Below the pieces are notes generated by a model that was given only the letters and a program-made list of their open reading frames with translations, made no database searches and had not been told where the DNA came from. Made by a program: the position numbers and the translations under genes. From positions 877-64,876 of the forward strand of contig CABZXU010000007.1 of the NCBI GenBank assembly GCA_902529805.1: 64,000 bases of DNA. The letters run 5' to 3'. Position 1 is the stretch's first letter, and the number at the start of each line of letters is the position of its first letter. This DNA is from an uncultured Marinoscillum sp. Its GTDB lineage: Bacteria > Bacteroidota > Bacteroidia > Cytophagales > MED-G16. Positions 20,361 through 30,304 of the stretch are shown here, in pieces.

Positions 20361-20729
20361 TTATTCAAATTTATAAGGAACAAAAACAAATTTTGCATTT
20401 TTCTCAATAGATAACAACAAAGAACAAAAAATATTTGGATCCTTAAAGTTTTTTATAAATGTTTCTTTATCTATTATCAATTTATTTTTATGTAAGTTTT
20501 CAAAATAACTTGCATAATATTTCCATTGATTATTATTTATTTCATGAAAATCTATTAGTAGAGATCCTATATCTGTATTTTCTTTTGTCATAATGAAGAT
20601 TGGATATTTAGAAAAACCTTTCTTAATAATTTGATTTGAAGCAAAATATAAATTTTTATATACTCTATTAAAATCTTCAGTTATTAGATTAATTAATTCA
20701 GAGTTTATTTCATCTTTATTTTCTGTCAT
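20361..20729 (-). CDS. hypothetical cytoplasmic protein
   Basis: 122-aa ORF, first gene of a co-directional run. No recognisable motif. Confidence 0.45.
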   Translation of the reverse strand: MTENKDEINSELINLITEDFNRVYKNLYFASNQIIKKGFSKYPIFIMTKENTDIGSLLIDFHEINNNQWKYYASYFENLHKNKLIIDKETFIKNFKDPNIFCSLLLSIEKNAKFVFVPYKFE

Positions 20730-20775
20730 AAAAAGATATTCTTAGATATATTTAATATATAATCAAAATTAGTTA

Positions 20776-23427
20776 ATGAGGAATCTTATTTTACTTTTTT
20801 TTCTATTTTTATTTTGTACCCAAAATATTATTGCAAATCATATTGTTGGGGGTGAAATTGAAATGAAATTTATTGGTGATTCATTAGGTGATTATAAATA
20901 TCGAATCTCTTTAATTCAATATTTTGATTGTTATCAAGATGGGGAGGTTCCGCTGCCAAATCCAGGGCCTGATAATAGTGTCACGTATTCAATCTTTAAA
21001 AGATCAGATGGATCACTTGTAGAAAATAGAACAATGTTTATTACATCTCAGACATTTGTTCCATATACTAATCCAGCATGCGCAGTTGGTTTTATTTGTA
21101 CTATTCGTGTAGTTTACTCACACGAAATATATTTAAATCCTAATAAATTTGATGATCCTGAAGGTTATGATATATCATGGGCAAGATGTTGTAGAAATAA
21201 GAATACTAAAAATTTAGTTAATCCAAGATATACAGGTATGGTTTATTCATTACATTTTCCACCTATAAGAAAAGATGGTAAACATTTTATTAATTCTTCT
21301 CCTAGACTTTTTCCTCCATTGAGTGATTATGCTTGTGTAAATCAATTATTTTATACTGATTTTGCTGGAAGTGATGATGATGGAGATTCAATTGTTTATT
21401 CACTTTCTCATCCATTAGATGATAACCAACCTAATCAACTACCAGGACTTGTAGCTTTACCAGGAAATTATCCTCCTCCATATCAATTGGTTGAGTTTGG
21501 ACCAGACTATTCAGTTGATAATATGATACCTGGTAATCCAAAACTTAATATTTCAAATGATGGTTTTATTACAGTAAAACCTTCTTCACTTGGATTGTTC
21601 GTTTTTTCAATAAAATATGAAGAATTTAGAAATGGAACAAAATTGGGAGAGGGAAGAAGAGATTTTCAAATGTTAGTTGTAGATGGATGCGATCCTCCTA
21701 TTCCTCCAGATGCAGTAGTAAAACTACCTAGTGAATCAGATTTTTATAATGAAGTAGATACAATAAGATTTACTGTTTCTGAATCAAAATGTTTTGACTT
21801 TTATGTTACTGACCAAAATGAAGGAACTAATATAAAACTTGAAGCACAAGGAGTCAATTTTAAATTAGCGGATGATATTTTTAGTTTTACAGAAGGACAA
21901 ATAAATGAAGCTGGAGATACTTTAAAAGTAGAAGTTTGCGTTTCTGATTGTCCATATGTTGAGAATAATGAACCTTATCTTATTGATTTAATTGCTTCTG
22001 ATGATGCATGTCCACTACCTCAAAAAGATACGGTAAGATTAATTATTGAAATAAAATCACCAGAAAATCAAAACCCCTATTTTGTTAATAAAAAGGATAC
22101 TACAAAAGTTAAAATTTTATGGAATTCAAATTATTCAGAAATAATTCAAGGAATAGATCCAGATAATGATAGTTTGGTCCTAAAGTATTTATATGATGGA
22201 TACATTCCTGAAGAAAACGGTATATTTATTACCAATAATTTTAATATACCAGGTAGTTTAGAAAGTACATTAACTTTTGATGCAAATTGTAAAAAATATA
22301 ATTATAATGAAAAAAATAAGTTTTTATTTGGACTTGTTTTAGATGATTTAGATACATGTAATTTATTAAATACTGACACTATTTTTTATGAATTTGAGGT
22401 GGAATTACCGGAAAATACAAATCCAGATCTTACATCAGATTTAAGTATTACAAATCCTTTACCTGATAGGCCTAATTACTCAGAAATCGTAAGAAATGTT
22501 GATCTTTCTGGTGTTTTTTCTATGCAATTGTTTTCAGATGATGTAGATAATGATACCCTTGTTATTTCTGCTCAAGGTGTTGATTTTGATTACCAAAATA
22601 GAGGGGCTGCCTTTTCAGCAAATAATTTTGAAAGAGGACATGTTGAAGGATCTTTTAATTGGGATATGGAATGTATTAATTTTAGATATGATGGAACAAA
22701 CACATATAAAATTAATTTTATTACTGAAGATATTGATCAATGTCAAGAGGTAAACTCAGACACTATTCAATTGACATTAAATATAGACTTACCAGAAAAT
22801 AAAGCACCTGAAATAACTAATTTAGATACTTATAAATTAATTGTTAATAATGAATTTAAAATTGATATTAATGCAATTGAACCGGACAATCAATTGGTAT
22901 TTTTGGACTTAATTTCAACTAGTCCAAAAGGAAATTTTTCTTTTTTATCTAGCTCAGGCATTGGCTCAACTTCTAGTACATTATCATGGACACCTACATG
23001 TGAATTTTTGGATGATAATTTTTCTGAAAAAAGTTATAATTTAACTTTCATGGCTACAGATAACAGTTGCCCTATTCCAGAAAAGAAACTTAAAACAATC
23101 AAATTTTTAGTATCTATTCCTGATTCTATCGAATATAACTTTTCTCCTCCCAATGCTTTTAGCCCAAATGGTGATGGAAAAAATGATACTTATAAGTTAT
23201 CAGGATTATCTAACGAACAACAAAATTTACCTAAAGATCAATGTGATGATAAATTTGATTATATAGCATTTTATGATAGAAATGGATTAGAAGTATTTAG
23301 ATCTTATGATAGAAATTTTGAATGGAATGGTAGTGGTTTAGAATCTGGAACCTATTATTATTATATAAAATATAGTAAAACTAATAGTAGGCATAATTAT
23401 AAAGGAAATGTATCTTTAATATATTAA
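20776..23427 (+). CDS. large exported multi-domain adhesin-like protein with a T9SS type-B (gliding-motility-associated) C-terminal domain
   Basis: Signal peptide. N-terminal HIVGGEIEM...YKYRISL module. Repeated domain boundaries PENQNPYF, PENTNPDL and PENKAPEI. C-terminal FSPNGDGKNDTY ... YDRNGLEVF ... WNG ... GTYYYYI is characteristic of the CHU_C / type-B sorting domain. Confidence 0.8.
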   Translation: MRNLILLFFLFLFCTQNIIANHIVGGEIEMKFIGDSLGDYKYRISLIQYFDCYQDGEVPLPNPGPDNSVTYSIFKRSDGSLVENRTMFITSQTFVPYTNPACAVGFICTIRVVYSHEIYLNPNKFDDPEGYDISWARCCRNKNTKNLVNPRYTGMVYSLHFPPIRKDGKHFINSSPRLFPPLSDYACVNQLFYTDFAGSDDDGDSIVYSLSHPLDDNQPNQLPGLVALPGNYPPPYQLVEFGPDYSVDNMIPGNPKLNISNDGFITVKPSSLGLFVFSIKYEEFRNGTKLGEGRRDFQMLVVDGCDPPIPPDAVVKLPSESDFYNEVDTIRFTVSESKCFDFYVTDQNEGTNIKLEAQGVNFKLADDIFSFTEGQINEAGDTLKVEVCVSDCPYVENNEPYLIDLIASDDACPLPQKDTVRLIIEIKSPENQNPYFVNKKDTTKVKILWNSNYSEIIQGIDPDNDSLVLKYLYDGYIPEENGIFITNNFNIPGSLESTLTFDANCKKYNYNEKNKFLFGLVLDDLDTCNLLNTDTIFYEFEVELPENTNPDLTSDLSITNPLPDRPNYSEIVRNVDLSGVFSMQLFSDDVDNDTLVISAQGVDFDYQNRGAAFSANNFERGHVEGSFNWDMECINFRYDGTNTYKINFITEDIDQCQEVNSDTIQLTLNIDLPENKAPEITNLDTYKLIVNNEFKIDINAIEPDNQLVFLDLISTSPKGNFSFLSSSGIGSTSSTLSWTPTCEFLDDNFSEKSYNLTFMATDNSCPIPEKKLKTIKFLVSIPDSIEYNFSPPNAFSPNGDGKNDTYKLSGLSNEQQNLPKDQCDDKFDYIAFYDRNGLEVFRSYDRNFEWNGSGLESGTYYYYIKYSKTNSRHNYKGNVSLIY

Positions 23428-23436
23428 ACTATTTAT

Positions 23437-24777
23437 ATGCGGGTATTAGTTTTACTTTTTTTTATTCATATTAGTTATTTATCATTTTCAAATGATAATA
23501 TTAAAGTATTGATGGGTGGTACCTTAATAGATGGATATGGATCTCATACAATAAAAAATAGTGTTATTATTATTCAGGACGATGTCATAAAAGAAGTTGG
23601 TTCAATAGGTAATATTGAAATTCCTCAAGAAGCCGAGATAATTTCAACAGAAGGAATGTCGGTTTTACCAGGTTTATGGGATATGCATGTCCATTTAGAT
23701 ATAAATGGTCATACTGATTATTCGCATTGGCATGATGTATATCCTGTAATTTTTGAAGATGTAATTATGCCTTCTTCTGCTCATCAACTTTTATTAGCTG
23801 GAGTAACTAGTGCAAGGGATTGTGGCGCACCATTAAATGACATAATATCTGTTAGAGAAAAAATTAATAAAAACATTATTCCTGGACCAAATTTATATGT
23901 TTCTGGCCCTTTTCTTCAACATAAACCTTATCCAAACACTGAATTATATAGATGGGGTATAAATGGTATTGAAGATGCAAAAAGGAAGGTTAAAAAACTT
24001 GTTAATGCTGGTGTTGATTTTATTAAATTAATTGATCAAGATCAGATGACAATGGATGAGTTATATGCTGTTGTTAAAGAATCACATAAACATGGATTAA
24101 AAGTTGTTGCACATGGACATAGGCCTGAAGAAATAAGAAGAGGCTTAAAAGTTGGTGTTGATTGTTTTGAGCATACAGGATTATCTAGTGCACCAGGTTA
24201 TCCTGAAGATGTGATGAGCATGATTAAAGAAAGAACTGCTCAAATGAATTTAGGTCCTCTTTTTTGGACTCCAACGGTATCACCATTATATAATTATGAA
24301 TACATTAGAGATAATATGGAAATTTTAGATAATGATTCTTGGCATTTAGGATTACCTGATTCCATAATTCAAGATATTAGAAACTCTTTTAAACATCCAG
24401 ATAGACTTCCGTATTATCAATTGACTCCATCTAGAAAACCTACTTTAAAAAGAAAAATCAATCAGTTAATAGATGCAGGAGTAGTTTTAATGATAGGTAC
24501 TGATAGCGGCGTGCCATTAACTTTTCACAGTCAATCTACTTGGAATGAACTTGAAATTTGGGTAAATGAATTTGGCATTGATCCAATGTATGCAATTAGA
24601 GCAGCAACGTATTGGCCCTCTCTTTGGATGGGTGTATCTGAAAAAGTTGGCACAATAACTCCTGGAAAAAAAGCAGACATAATTGCAGTTAAAGGTGATA
24701 TTTTAAGAAATATTTCAATACTTCAAAGAATAGATATAGTATTAAAAGATGGTAAAATAGTTGAAAAACCTAACTAA
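23437..24777 (+). CDS. exported amidohydrolase family protein
   Basis: Signal peptide. PGLWDMHVHL metal-binding HxH motif and GTDSG near the C-terminus; 446 aa. Confidence 0.8.
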   Translation: MRVLVLLFFIHISYLSFSNDNIKVLMGGTLIDGYGSHTIKNSVIIIQDDVIKEVGSIGNIEIPQEAEIISTEGMSVLPGLWDMHVHLDINGHTDYSHWHDVYPVIFEDVIMPSSAHQLLLAGVTSARDCGAPLNDIISVREKINKNIIPGPNLYVSGPFLQHKPYPNTELYRWGINGIEDAKRKVKKLVNAGVDFIKLIDQDQMTMDELYAVVKESHKHGLKVVAHGHRPEEIRRGLKVGVDCFEHTGLSSAPGYPEDVMSMIKERTAQMNLGPLFWTPTVSPLYNYEYIRDNMEILDNDSWHLGLPDSIIQDIRNSFKHPDRLPYYQLTPSRKPTLKRKINQLIDAGVVLMIGTDSGVPLTFHSQSTWNELEIWVNEFGIDPMYAIRAATYWPSLWMGVSEKVGTITPGKKADIIAVKGDILRNISILQRIDIVLKDGKIVEKPN

Positions 24778-25927
24778 GAGCTTTTTCTATATCTTTTATT
24801 AAAAATTTAGAATCTTCCAATCCTACATAGAATCTTACAAAATTAAGTGGTAATGCTTCCAATTCATCAAAATATTCATTTCCAAAATTTGCGATTTCAG
24901 GAAATATTAAAGACTCATGACCACCCCATGAACATGCCATTTTAAAATATTTTAGTTTATTACAAAACCTTTCAATTTCATTTTTATCTGAAGTTTTAAG
25001 TTGTATAGAGAATTGACCACAAGGTTTTTTTAAATATTTATTAACCAGATCTTTTTGTTTAAAGTCTTTTCCATGTGGATAAATTACTTTATTTATTTTT
25101 GGATGTTTTTCAAGATATCTAACAACTTTTGGAGTATTTTCAGCTATAAATTTCATCCTCATTTCTAAAGTTCTAAGCCCTCTTATAAAAAGCCAAGAGT
25201 TAAATGGTGACATTATTCCTCCATTAACCTTGTATTGATGACCAAAAATTTGATCAATTATTTTTTTTGAACTACAAACTATACCTCCCATAATATCACC
25301 ATGTCCACTAATATATTTTGTTGCTGAGTGAACTACAATATCAATCCCCCAAACATGTGGATTACAATTTATTGGTGAAGCATAGCTATTATCAATTATT
25401 GTGACCAATTTATTTTTTTTTGCAAAATCTGCTATCTCTTCAAGATCTTGCATTTCAAAAGTCCATGAATTTGGGCTTTCTAAATAAATAAGTTTTGTAT
25501 TTTTTTTAATTGCATCTTCAAAGTCTTTAATATTATTTCCCTTAACAAATGTTGTTGAAATATTGAAATTAGGTAAAATTTCTTTCATAAGTTTATTTGT
25601 TCCAATGTAGGGTTTATTAATAGAAATAATATTTTCACCCGATTTCAATTGAGAAAATATAGCGGCACTTATTGCACTCATTCCACTAGAAAATGCTAGG
25701 GCACTTTCAGTTTTTTCTAGAGCAGCTATTTTTTTTTCTAGTATTTTAGTTGTTGGATTTACACCTCTTGTATAAAACGGTATTCCATTTTTGTAACTAA
25801 GTGCATTTCGAATCTCTTCAACAGAATTAAATAAAAAATTGCTAGTTGCAATTATTGGAGGAGCACCTGCATTGAAATAATCTTCACGATCCTCTCCCAG
25901 GTGATTGTAAATTTCTGACTTATCCAT
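24770..25927 (-). CDS. Cys/Met-metabolism PLP-dependent enzyme (cystathionine beta-lyase / gamma-synthase family)
   Basis: PLP-lysine context SATKYISGHGD; 385 aa. Confidence 0.8.
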   Translation of the reverse strand: MDKSEIYNHLGEDREDYFNAGAPPIIATSNFLFNSVEEIRNALSYKNGIPFYTRGVNPTTKILEKKIAALEKTESALAFSSGMSAISAAIFSQLKSGENIISINKPYIGTNKLMKEILPNFNISTTFVKGNNIKDFEDAIKKNTKLIYLESPNSWTFEMQDLEEIADFAKKNKLVTIIDNSYASPINCNPHVWGIDIVVHSATKYISGHGDIMGGIVCSSKKIIDQIFGHQYKVNGGIMSPFNSWLFIRGLRTLEMRMKFIAENTPKVVRYLEKHPKINKVIYPHGKDFKQKDLVNKYLKKPCGQFSIQLKTSDKNEIERFCNKLKYFKMACSWGGHESLIFPEIANFGNEYFDELEALPLNFVRFYVGLEDSKFLIKDIEKALS

Positions 25928-26001
25928 TTTTAGGTTAATTTTGACTACAAAAATACTAAATAATATATATTATCAGTTAATAATTTATATTTGAAAGAAT
26001 T

Positions 26002-26814
26002 ATGGAAAAAAAAGTTGCAATTATAACTGGAGCTTCTTCAGGCATAGGTGAAGCACTTGCTTATAGGTTTGGTAAAGAGGGTTTTAGATTATTAATTACA
26101 GGAACCAGTGAGGATAGAATTAAGATTGTATCAAATAATCTAAATAAATATAATATTGAATATAAGAGTCTTATCCATGATGTTTCAAAAGAAAATGATA
26201 ATAAAAAAATGGTTGATTTTGCTATAAAATCTTTTGGAAGAATTGATGTTTTAATTTGTAACGCTGGTATTTCAATAAGATCTTTATTTGAAAATGTTGA
26301 TCTCAAAATTTTTAAAAAGCTTTTTAATATCAATTTCTTTGGTGCAATATATGGCACTAAATTTTCCTTGCCATATTTAGAAAAAACAAAAGGCACTATT
26401 ATCGCTATTTCCTCTCTAAATGGTTTCATAGCGACACCTACTCGATCAGCATATGTAGCATCTAAACATGCCATGCAGGGATTTTATGATTCTCTAAGGT
26501 TAGAACTATTAAATAAACAAATAAATGTAATGGTTATTTCTCCTGGATATGTAAAAAGTAATTTTAGATTAAATACATTAAAAAGTAATGGTCGAAAGGA
26601 AGGTCCTTCATCAAGAGATAGTAAAAAAATGATGGATCCTGAATTTTTGGCAAAAAAAATTTTTATTGGTTACTCAAAGAAAAAGAGAAATATGATTTTT
26701 ACTTTTAAGGGAAAATTAGCTCATTTAATTAAAAATTGGTTTCCAAAATTATCTGATAGATTGGCATATAAAGAGATTCTTAATGAGAAAGAATCATTAT
26801 TAAAAAGAGATTAA
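26002..26814 (+). CDS. SDR family oxidoreductase
   Basis: TGASSGIGEA cofactor motif, NAGI, and catalytic YVASKHA. Confidence 0.85.
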   Translation: MEKKVAIITGASSGIGEALAYRFGKEGFRLLITGTSEDRIKIVSNNLNKYNIEYKSLIHDVSKENDNKKMVDFAIKSFGRIDVLICNAGISIRSLFENVDLKIFKKLFNINFFGAIYGTKFSLPYLEKTKGTIIAISSLNGFIATPTRSAYVASKHAMQGFYDSLRLELLNKQINVMVISPGYVKSNFRLNTLKSNGRKEGPSSRDSKKMMDPEFLAKKIFIGYSKKKRNMIFTFKGKLAHLIKNWFPKLSDRLAYKEILNEKESLLKRD

Positions 26815-27518
26815 TTAATTAAAGAAATATTTTTTTTTCTAATATATTTTTTTTTATTTTCAAAAATTACCTCATACCATATAGAGTTATCATTAGATAT
26901 CTTTAATTTATTTCCCTTATTAATTATTGAATAAACATCTGATCCAGATGATGGTCCATTCATAATATATGTATTTTCTTTAGATATTATCCCCTCTTTT
27001 TTCATAAGATTTGTATTCATTACAATCAAAATAAGTGCTGAAATCATAATAAATCTTGTAAGACTACTTACAGATCGTATTTTTCCAATAATCAGATATA
27101 TTATTAGAAATACAACTAAAAGTGTATGAGTCAAATAAATATTTTTATTATAAAAATTAAGAATTAATGATAGGTCATTTTGTTCAAATCCAATAAGGTT
27201 ATTTTTTTTTGCAATAGATTTTATTTTAGTTGAAGTTTCTTTATTATGTGTTTGATTATAATGTTTTGATAAATAAATTAATGCTTTATCATAATTTCCT
27301 ATACCTTCTTCTATGAATGATAATTTTAATAACATAGCATCTGAAAAATAATTTTTTTCATAAAATAAATTTTCATATACTTTTTTAGCGTCAACATATT
27401 TTTTGAATTTAAACAATGAATCTCCTTTATTTAAAAGATCTTTTTCATTAGCAAAAATGTCCATCGAAATGAATATTAAAAAAAATATAAAAATTATAGT
27501 CTTAATTATCGAATTCAT
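26811..27518 (-). CDS. membrane protein with a TPR-like N-terminal region and a C-terminal SH3-like region
   Basis: Start moved to MNSIIKTIIF... (signal/anchor). TPR-like helices, two central TM segments, and a C-terminal SH3b-like GSDVYSIINKGNKLKI..WYEV. Start is uncertain; it still overlaps the upstream stop by 17 nt. Confidence 0.5.
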   Translation of the reverse strand: MNSIIKTIIFIFFLIFISMDIFANEKDLLNKGDSLFKFKKYVDAKKVYENLFYEKNYFSDAMLLKLSFIEEGIGNYDKALIYLSKHYNQTHNKETSTKIKSIAKKNNLIGFEQNDLSLILNFYNKNIYLTHTLLVVFLIIYLIIGKIRSVSSLTRFIMISALILIVMNTNLMKKEGIISKENTYIMNGPSSGSDVYSIINKGNKLKISNDNSIWYEVIFENKKKYIRKKNISLIN

Positions 27519-30102
27519 ATACGTTAAATGATTCTTCAAAATTTTCATTGGTTAATTTAAGATTTAATTTATACTTTCCTGCTGGAAGGTATTTGTTGTA
27601 ATGAATAAAGTAAGGTAAATCACTTTTGTTTTTTTCATATATAATATCCCATCTAAACTCATTGAATCCTTTTTTTGCATCAAATTTATATCTCCAAATC
27701 AAATCATTTTTATCATTATAAACCTCAGTTAAAACTTTTTCATTTTTGTTAATAAAAAATGAAATAGATAACTTTTCTGCTGTACTTGAAATTGGCTCTT
27801 TATGAGTATCATTTATTAAAGGTCTAGTTATATCACTTATAGGAAATAAAATATTTTTTTCTACTGATATTCCTTTTTTTATAGAATAATGAATCGGATT
27901 TAGATTTAGTTTGTAAATTCCTCTTCCATGAGTAGCAGCAATTAGATCCCCAGATTTTTCATCAATTATTAAATCTGAAATACTTACTGTAGGAAGATTT
28001 TTTCCAAGTATTGACCAAGAATTTCCTTTATCAAAAGAAATATAAACTCCTCTGTATAGCCCAGCATATAATATGTTTTCGAATTTTAAATCTTCTATAA
28101 TAATATTAGCAGGTTCATTTGGAAGGTTTGATTTTATACTTTTCCAATCTTTTCCATAATTTTCTGACATGTAGATATAATTTCCTAAATCATCGTAATT
28201 TATCCCGCTCATAGCCATATAAACTCTTGATTTAGAAAATTTTGAAGGATAAATACTTCTAATATAGTTGTCTTTAATATTTTTTGAATTTTCACTCCAA
28301 TTTTTACCATCGTCTTTGCTAACCCAAAAACTACCTTTATCCGAACCATAATATAATAATCCTTTTTGTAGTGATGACTCAGCTATAGCTCCAGCAGAAA
28401 ATGAATTTTTTTCTAAAATTTTTGATTTGGTAAGGTCTGGGCTAATTGAACTCCACGAATTTCCTTGATCAATTGTTTTCATTACGAAATTTCCGCCATG
28501 ATATAAGGTTTTATTATCATGAGGAGAGATAAAATAAGGTGTGATGAAATTATAATTTAATACATTTATATTTTCTTTTGATAGTTTAGGTTTTATAGAA
28601 ACTGACTTTCCGGTTTTCATATTTTTTCTTCTAATTGCGCCATTTTGCATGCTGAAGTAAACAATGCTAGGATCTATTGGGTCTACTTCAGTAACACATC
28701 CATCTCCTCCATCCCAAGCATCAATCCAAAGATATTTCCATTTATCTGAATATTTATTATTCCATTCTTTTGCTGGACCATAAACTGTTGCATCGTCTTG
28801 TGTTCCACCATAAATAAGATATGGTTCTTCATTACTAATTGTTATATCATAAAATTCACCGGCAGGTATGTTGTTATAGTGCATCCAACTTTCTCCTTTA
28901 TCATAACTTACAAATAGTCCTCCATCATTGCCTAAAGCAATATGTTTTGGATTTTTTGGATTAATCCATAATTCACAATGGTCAAGATGAAGAAACTTTG
29001 CATCACTTGGATTAATTCTTTTAACAGTTCCATAAAGATTGTTAAAAGTTTTACCACCATCCATGCTTTTTGCTATTCTTACTCCTAAAGAATAAATTTC
29101 CTCATCATCTTTCGGATTAACATAAATATCAGCAAAATACCAACCAATTCCAGGAAATATCATTAATTCATCTTCGTGTGTTCTTTTCCATAATTTTCCT
29201 CCATCTATAGTTTTATATACTTCTGCAGCTTCACTTCTATTTTTTGACAAATTATCTATTAAAGCGTATACTTTATTTGGATTTGAATATGAAACTGCTA
29301 ATCCTATTCTACCCATTTTTTTACCATAGGGTAATCCATTAATTAATTTTTCCCAATTATCACCGCCATCTGAACTTTTATAGATTCCACTATTCAATCC
29401 ACTTATTCCTGGATTATTTTCCCACATAGAAGCATATATTACTTCTGGATTAGAGTTAGAAATAACGATATCATTGGATCCAGTATTCTCATCAATATAT
29501 AGGACATGTTTCCATGATTTTCCACCATCTTCAGTTTTGTAAATACCTCTATTTACATTTTTTGACCAAAAATGGCCTAATACACTTACTAATACTATAT
29601 CTGGATTTGTAGGATGAACACTTATTTCTCCTATATGCCAAGAATCCTCTAACCCAATATGTTCCCATGTGTCACCTCCATTAGTAGACCTATACATCCC
29701 AGTTCCTGGCATTGTAAAGTTTCTTGCTTTTTTTAAACTTTCCCCAGTTCCAACATATATAATATTGGAATTTGATGGAGCTAGAGCTATATCTCCAATT
29801 CCAAGTGATGGTTGATTTTCAAATATTGGCTTCCACGTTATTCCATTATTTACAGTTTTCCATAAATTACCAGATCCAAATGCTACATACATTGTCCCTG
29901 GATTTTTTTCATCAACTTGAATTGATTCTACTCTTGCAGAATTTAAAACTGGCCCTAGGCTAATCCAATCTAAATGTATATTACTTTGATTTTTTAACTT
30001 AATATGTTCATGAAAAGAATTCACTAATGGTGATTCTTTTTGCTGAGAGTAAGAAGAATACAAATTAAAAAGAAGAATAGAAAGTATAATCAATCGTTTC
30101 AC
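27502..30102 (-). CDS. exported BNR/Asp-box repeat protein (VPS10/sortilin-like beta-propeller; often annotated as a glycosyl hydrolase)
   Basis: Signal peptide plus about 10 Asp-box motifs S-x-D-x-G-x-[ST]-W (STNGGDTWEH, TEDGGKSWKH, SSDGGDNWEK, SKDDGKNWSE and others); 866 aa. Confidence 0.8.
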   Translation of the reverse strand: MKRLIILSILLFNLYSSYSQQKESPLVNSFHEHIKLKNQSNIHLDWISLGPVLNSARVESIQVDEKNPGTMYVAFGSGNLWKTVNNGITWKPIFENQPSLGIGDIALAPSNSNIIYVGTGESLKKARNFTMPGTGMYRSTNGGDTWEHIGLEDSWHIGEISVHPTNPDIVLVSVLGHFWSKNVNRGIYKTEDGGKSWKHVLYIDENTGSNDIVISNSNPEVIYASMWENNPGISGLNSGIYKSSDGGDNWEKLINGLPYGKKMGRIGLAVSYSNPNKVYALIDNLSKNRSEAAEVYKTIDGGKLWKRTHEDELMIFPGIGWYFADIYVNPKDDEEIYSLGVRIAKSMDGGKTFNNLYGTVKRINPSDAKFLHLDHCELWINPKNPKHIALGNDGGLFVSYDKGESWMHYNNIPAGEFYDITISNEEPYLIYGGTQDDATVYGPAKEWNNKYSDKWKYLWIDAWDGGDGCVTEVDPIDPSIVYFSMQNGAIRRKNMKTGKSVSIKPKLSKENINVLNYNFITPYFISPHDNKTLYHGGNFVMKTIDQGNSWSSISPDLTKSKILEKNSFSAGAIAESSLQKGLLYYGSDKGSFWVSKDDGKNWSENSKNIKDNYIRSIYPSKFSKSRVYMAMSGINYDDLGNYIYMSENYGKDWKSIKSNLPNEPANIIIEDLKFENILYAGLYRGVYISFDKGNSWSILGKNLPTVSISDLIIDEKSGDLIAATHGRGIYKLNLNPIHYSIKKGISVEKNILFPISDITRPLINDTHKEPISSTAEKLSISFFINKNEKVLTEVYNDKNDLIWRYKFDAKKGFNEFRWDIIYEKNKSDLPYFIHYNKYLPAGKYKLNLKLTNENFEESFNVYEFDN

Positions 30103-30142
30103 ACTTAAAAATTAATAATTTTTAAATTATTATTTTACATTA

Positions 30143-30173
30143 TTGTAATTTGATTAACATCTTTCTACTTTTG
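30143..30173 (+). promoter_or_regulatory. candidate Bacteroidota-type promoter for tRNA-Lys (-33 TTG, -7 TAnnTTTG)
   Basis: TTG at 30143-30145 and TACTTTTG at 30166-30173, with a 20-nt spacer. The -7 element ends 20 nt before the tRNA 5' end. This is motif matching only. Confidence 0.35.
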
Positions 30174-30192
30174 CGCGTAATATAAATTTATT

Positions 30193-30265
30193 GAGTCGCT
30201 AGCTCAGTTGGTAGAGCACATCCCTTTTAAGGATGGGGTCCTGGGTTCGAGGCCCAGGCGACTCA
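30193..30265 (+). tRNA. tRNA-Lys (anticodon TTT)
   Basis: Hand-folded. Acceptor gagtcgc/gcgactc; D-arm gctc-agttggta-gagc; anticodon stem catcc/ggatg with loop ctTTTaa; T-arm ctggg-ttcgagg-cccag. Confidence 0.9.
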
Positions 30266-30270
30266 CATTG

Positions 30271-30296
30271 ACCTCTCAAAATGAGAGGTTTTTTTA
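30271..30296 (+). terminator. rho-independent terminator after tRNA-Lys
   Basis: Perfect 7-bp stem acctctc/gagaggt with loop aaaat, followed by a run of 7 T. Confidence 0.7.
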
Positions 30297-30304
30297 TCTA
30301 AGTT

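Noticed and set aside
26061-26474. 137-aa ORF antisense to the SDR gene, plus similar antisense or nested ORFs at 2393-2611, 9302-9529, 12635-12946, 13302-13484, 13890-14195, 14296-14529, 22550-22753, 29772-29963, 31028-31216, 34038-34220, 37663-37869, 38697-39617 (five ORFs), 43698-43967, 47677-48057, 49429-49680, 49799-50005, 51859-52140, 55063-55356, 58624-58830 and 61391-61654
   Set aside because: Each is embedded in, or antisense to, a longer ORF with strong family motifs. None has a motif, signal or independent intergenic context of its own.
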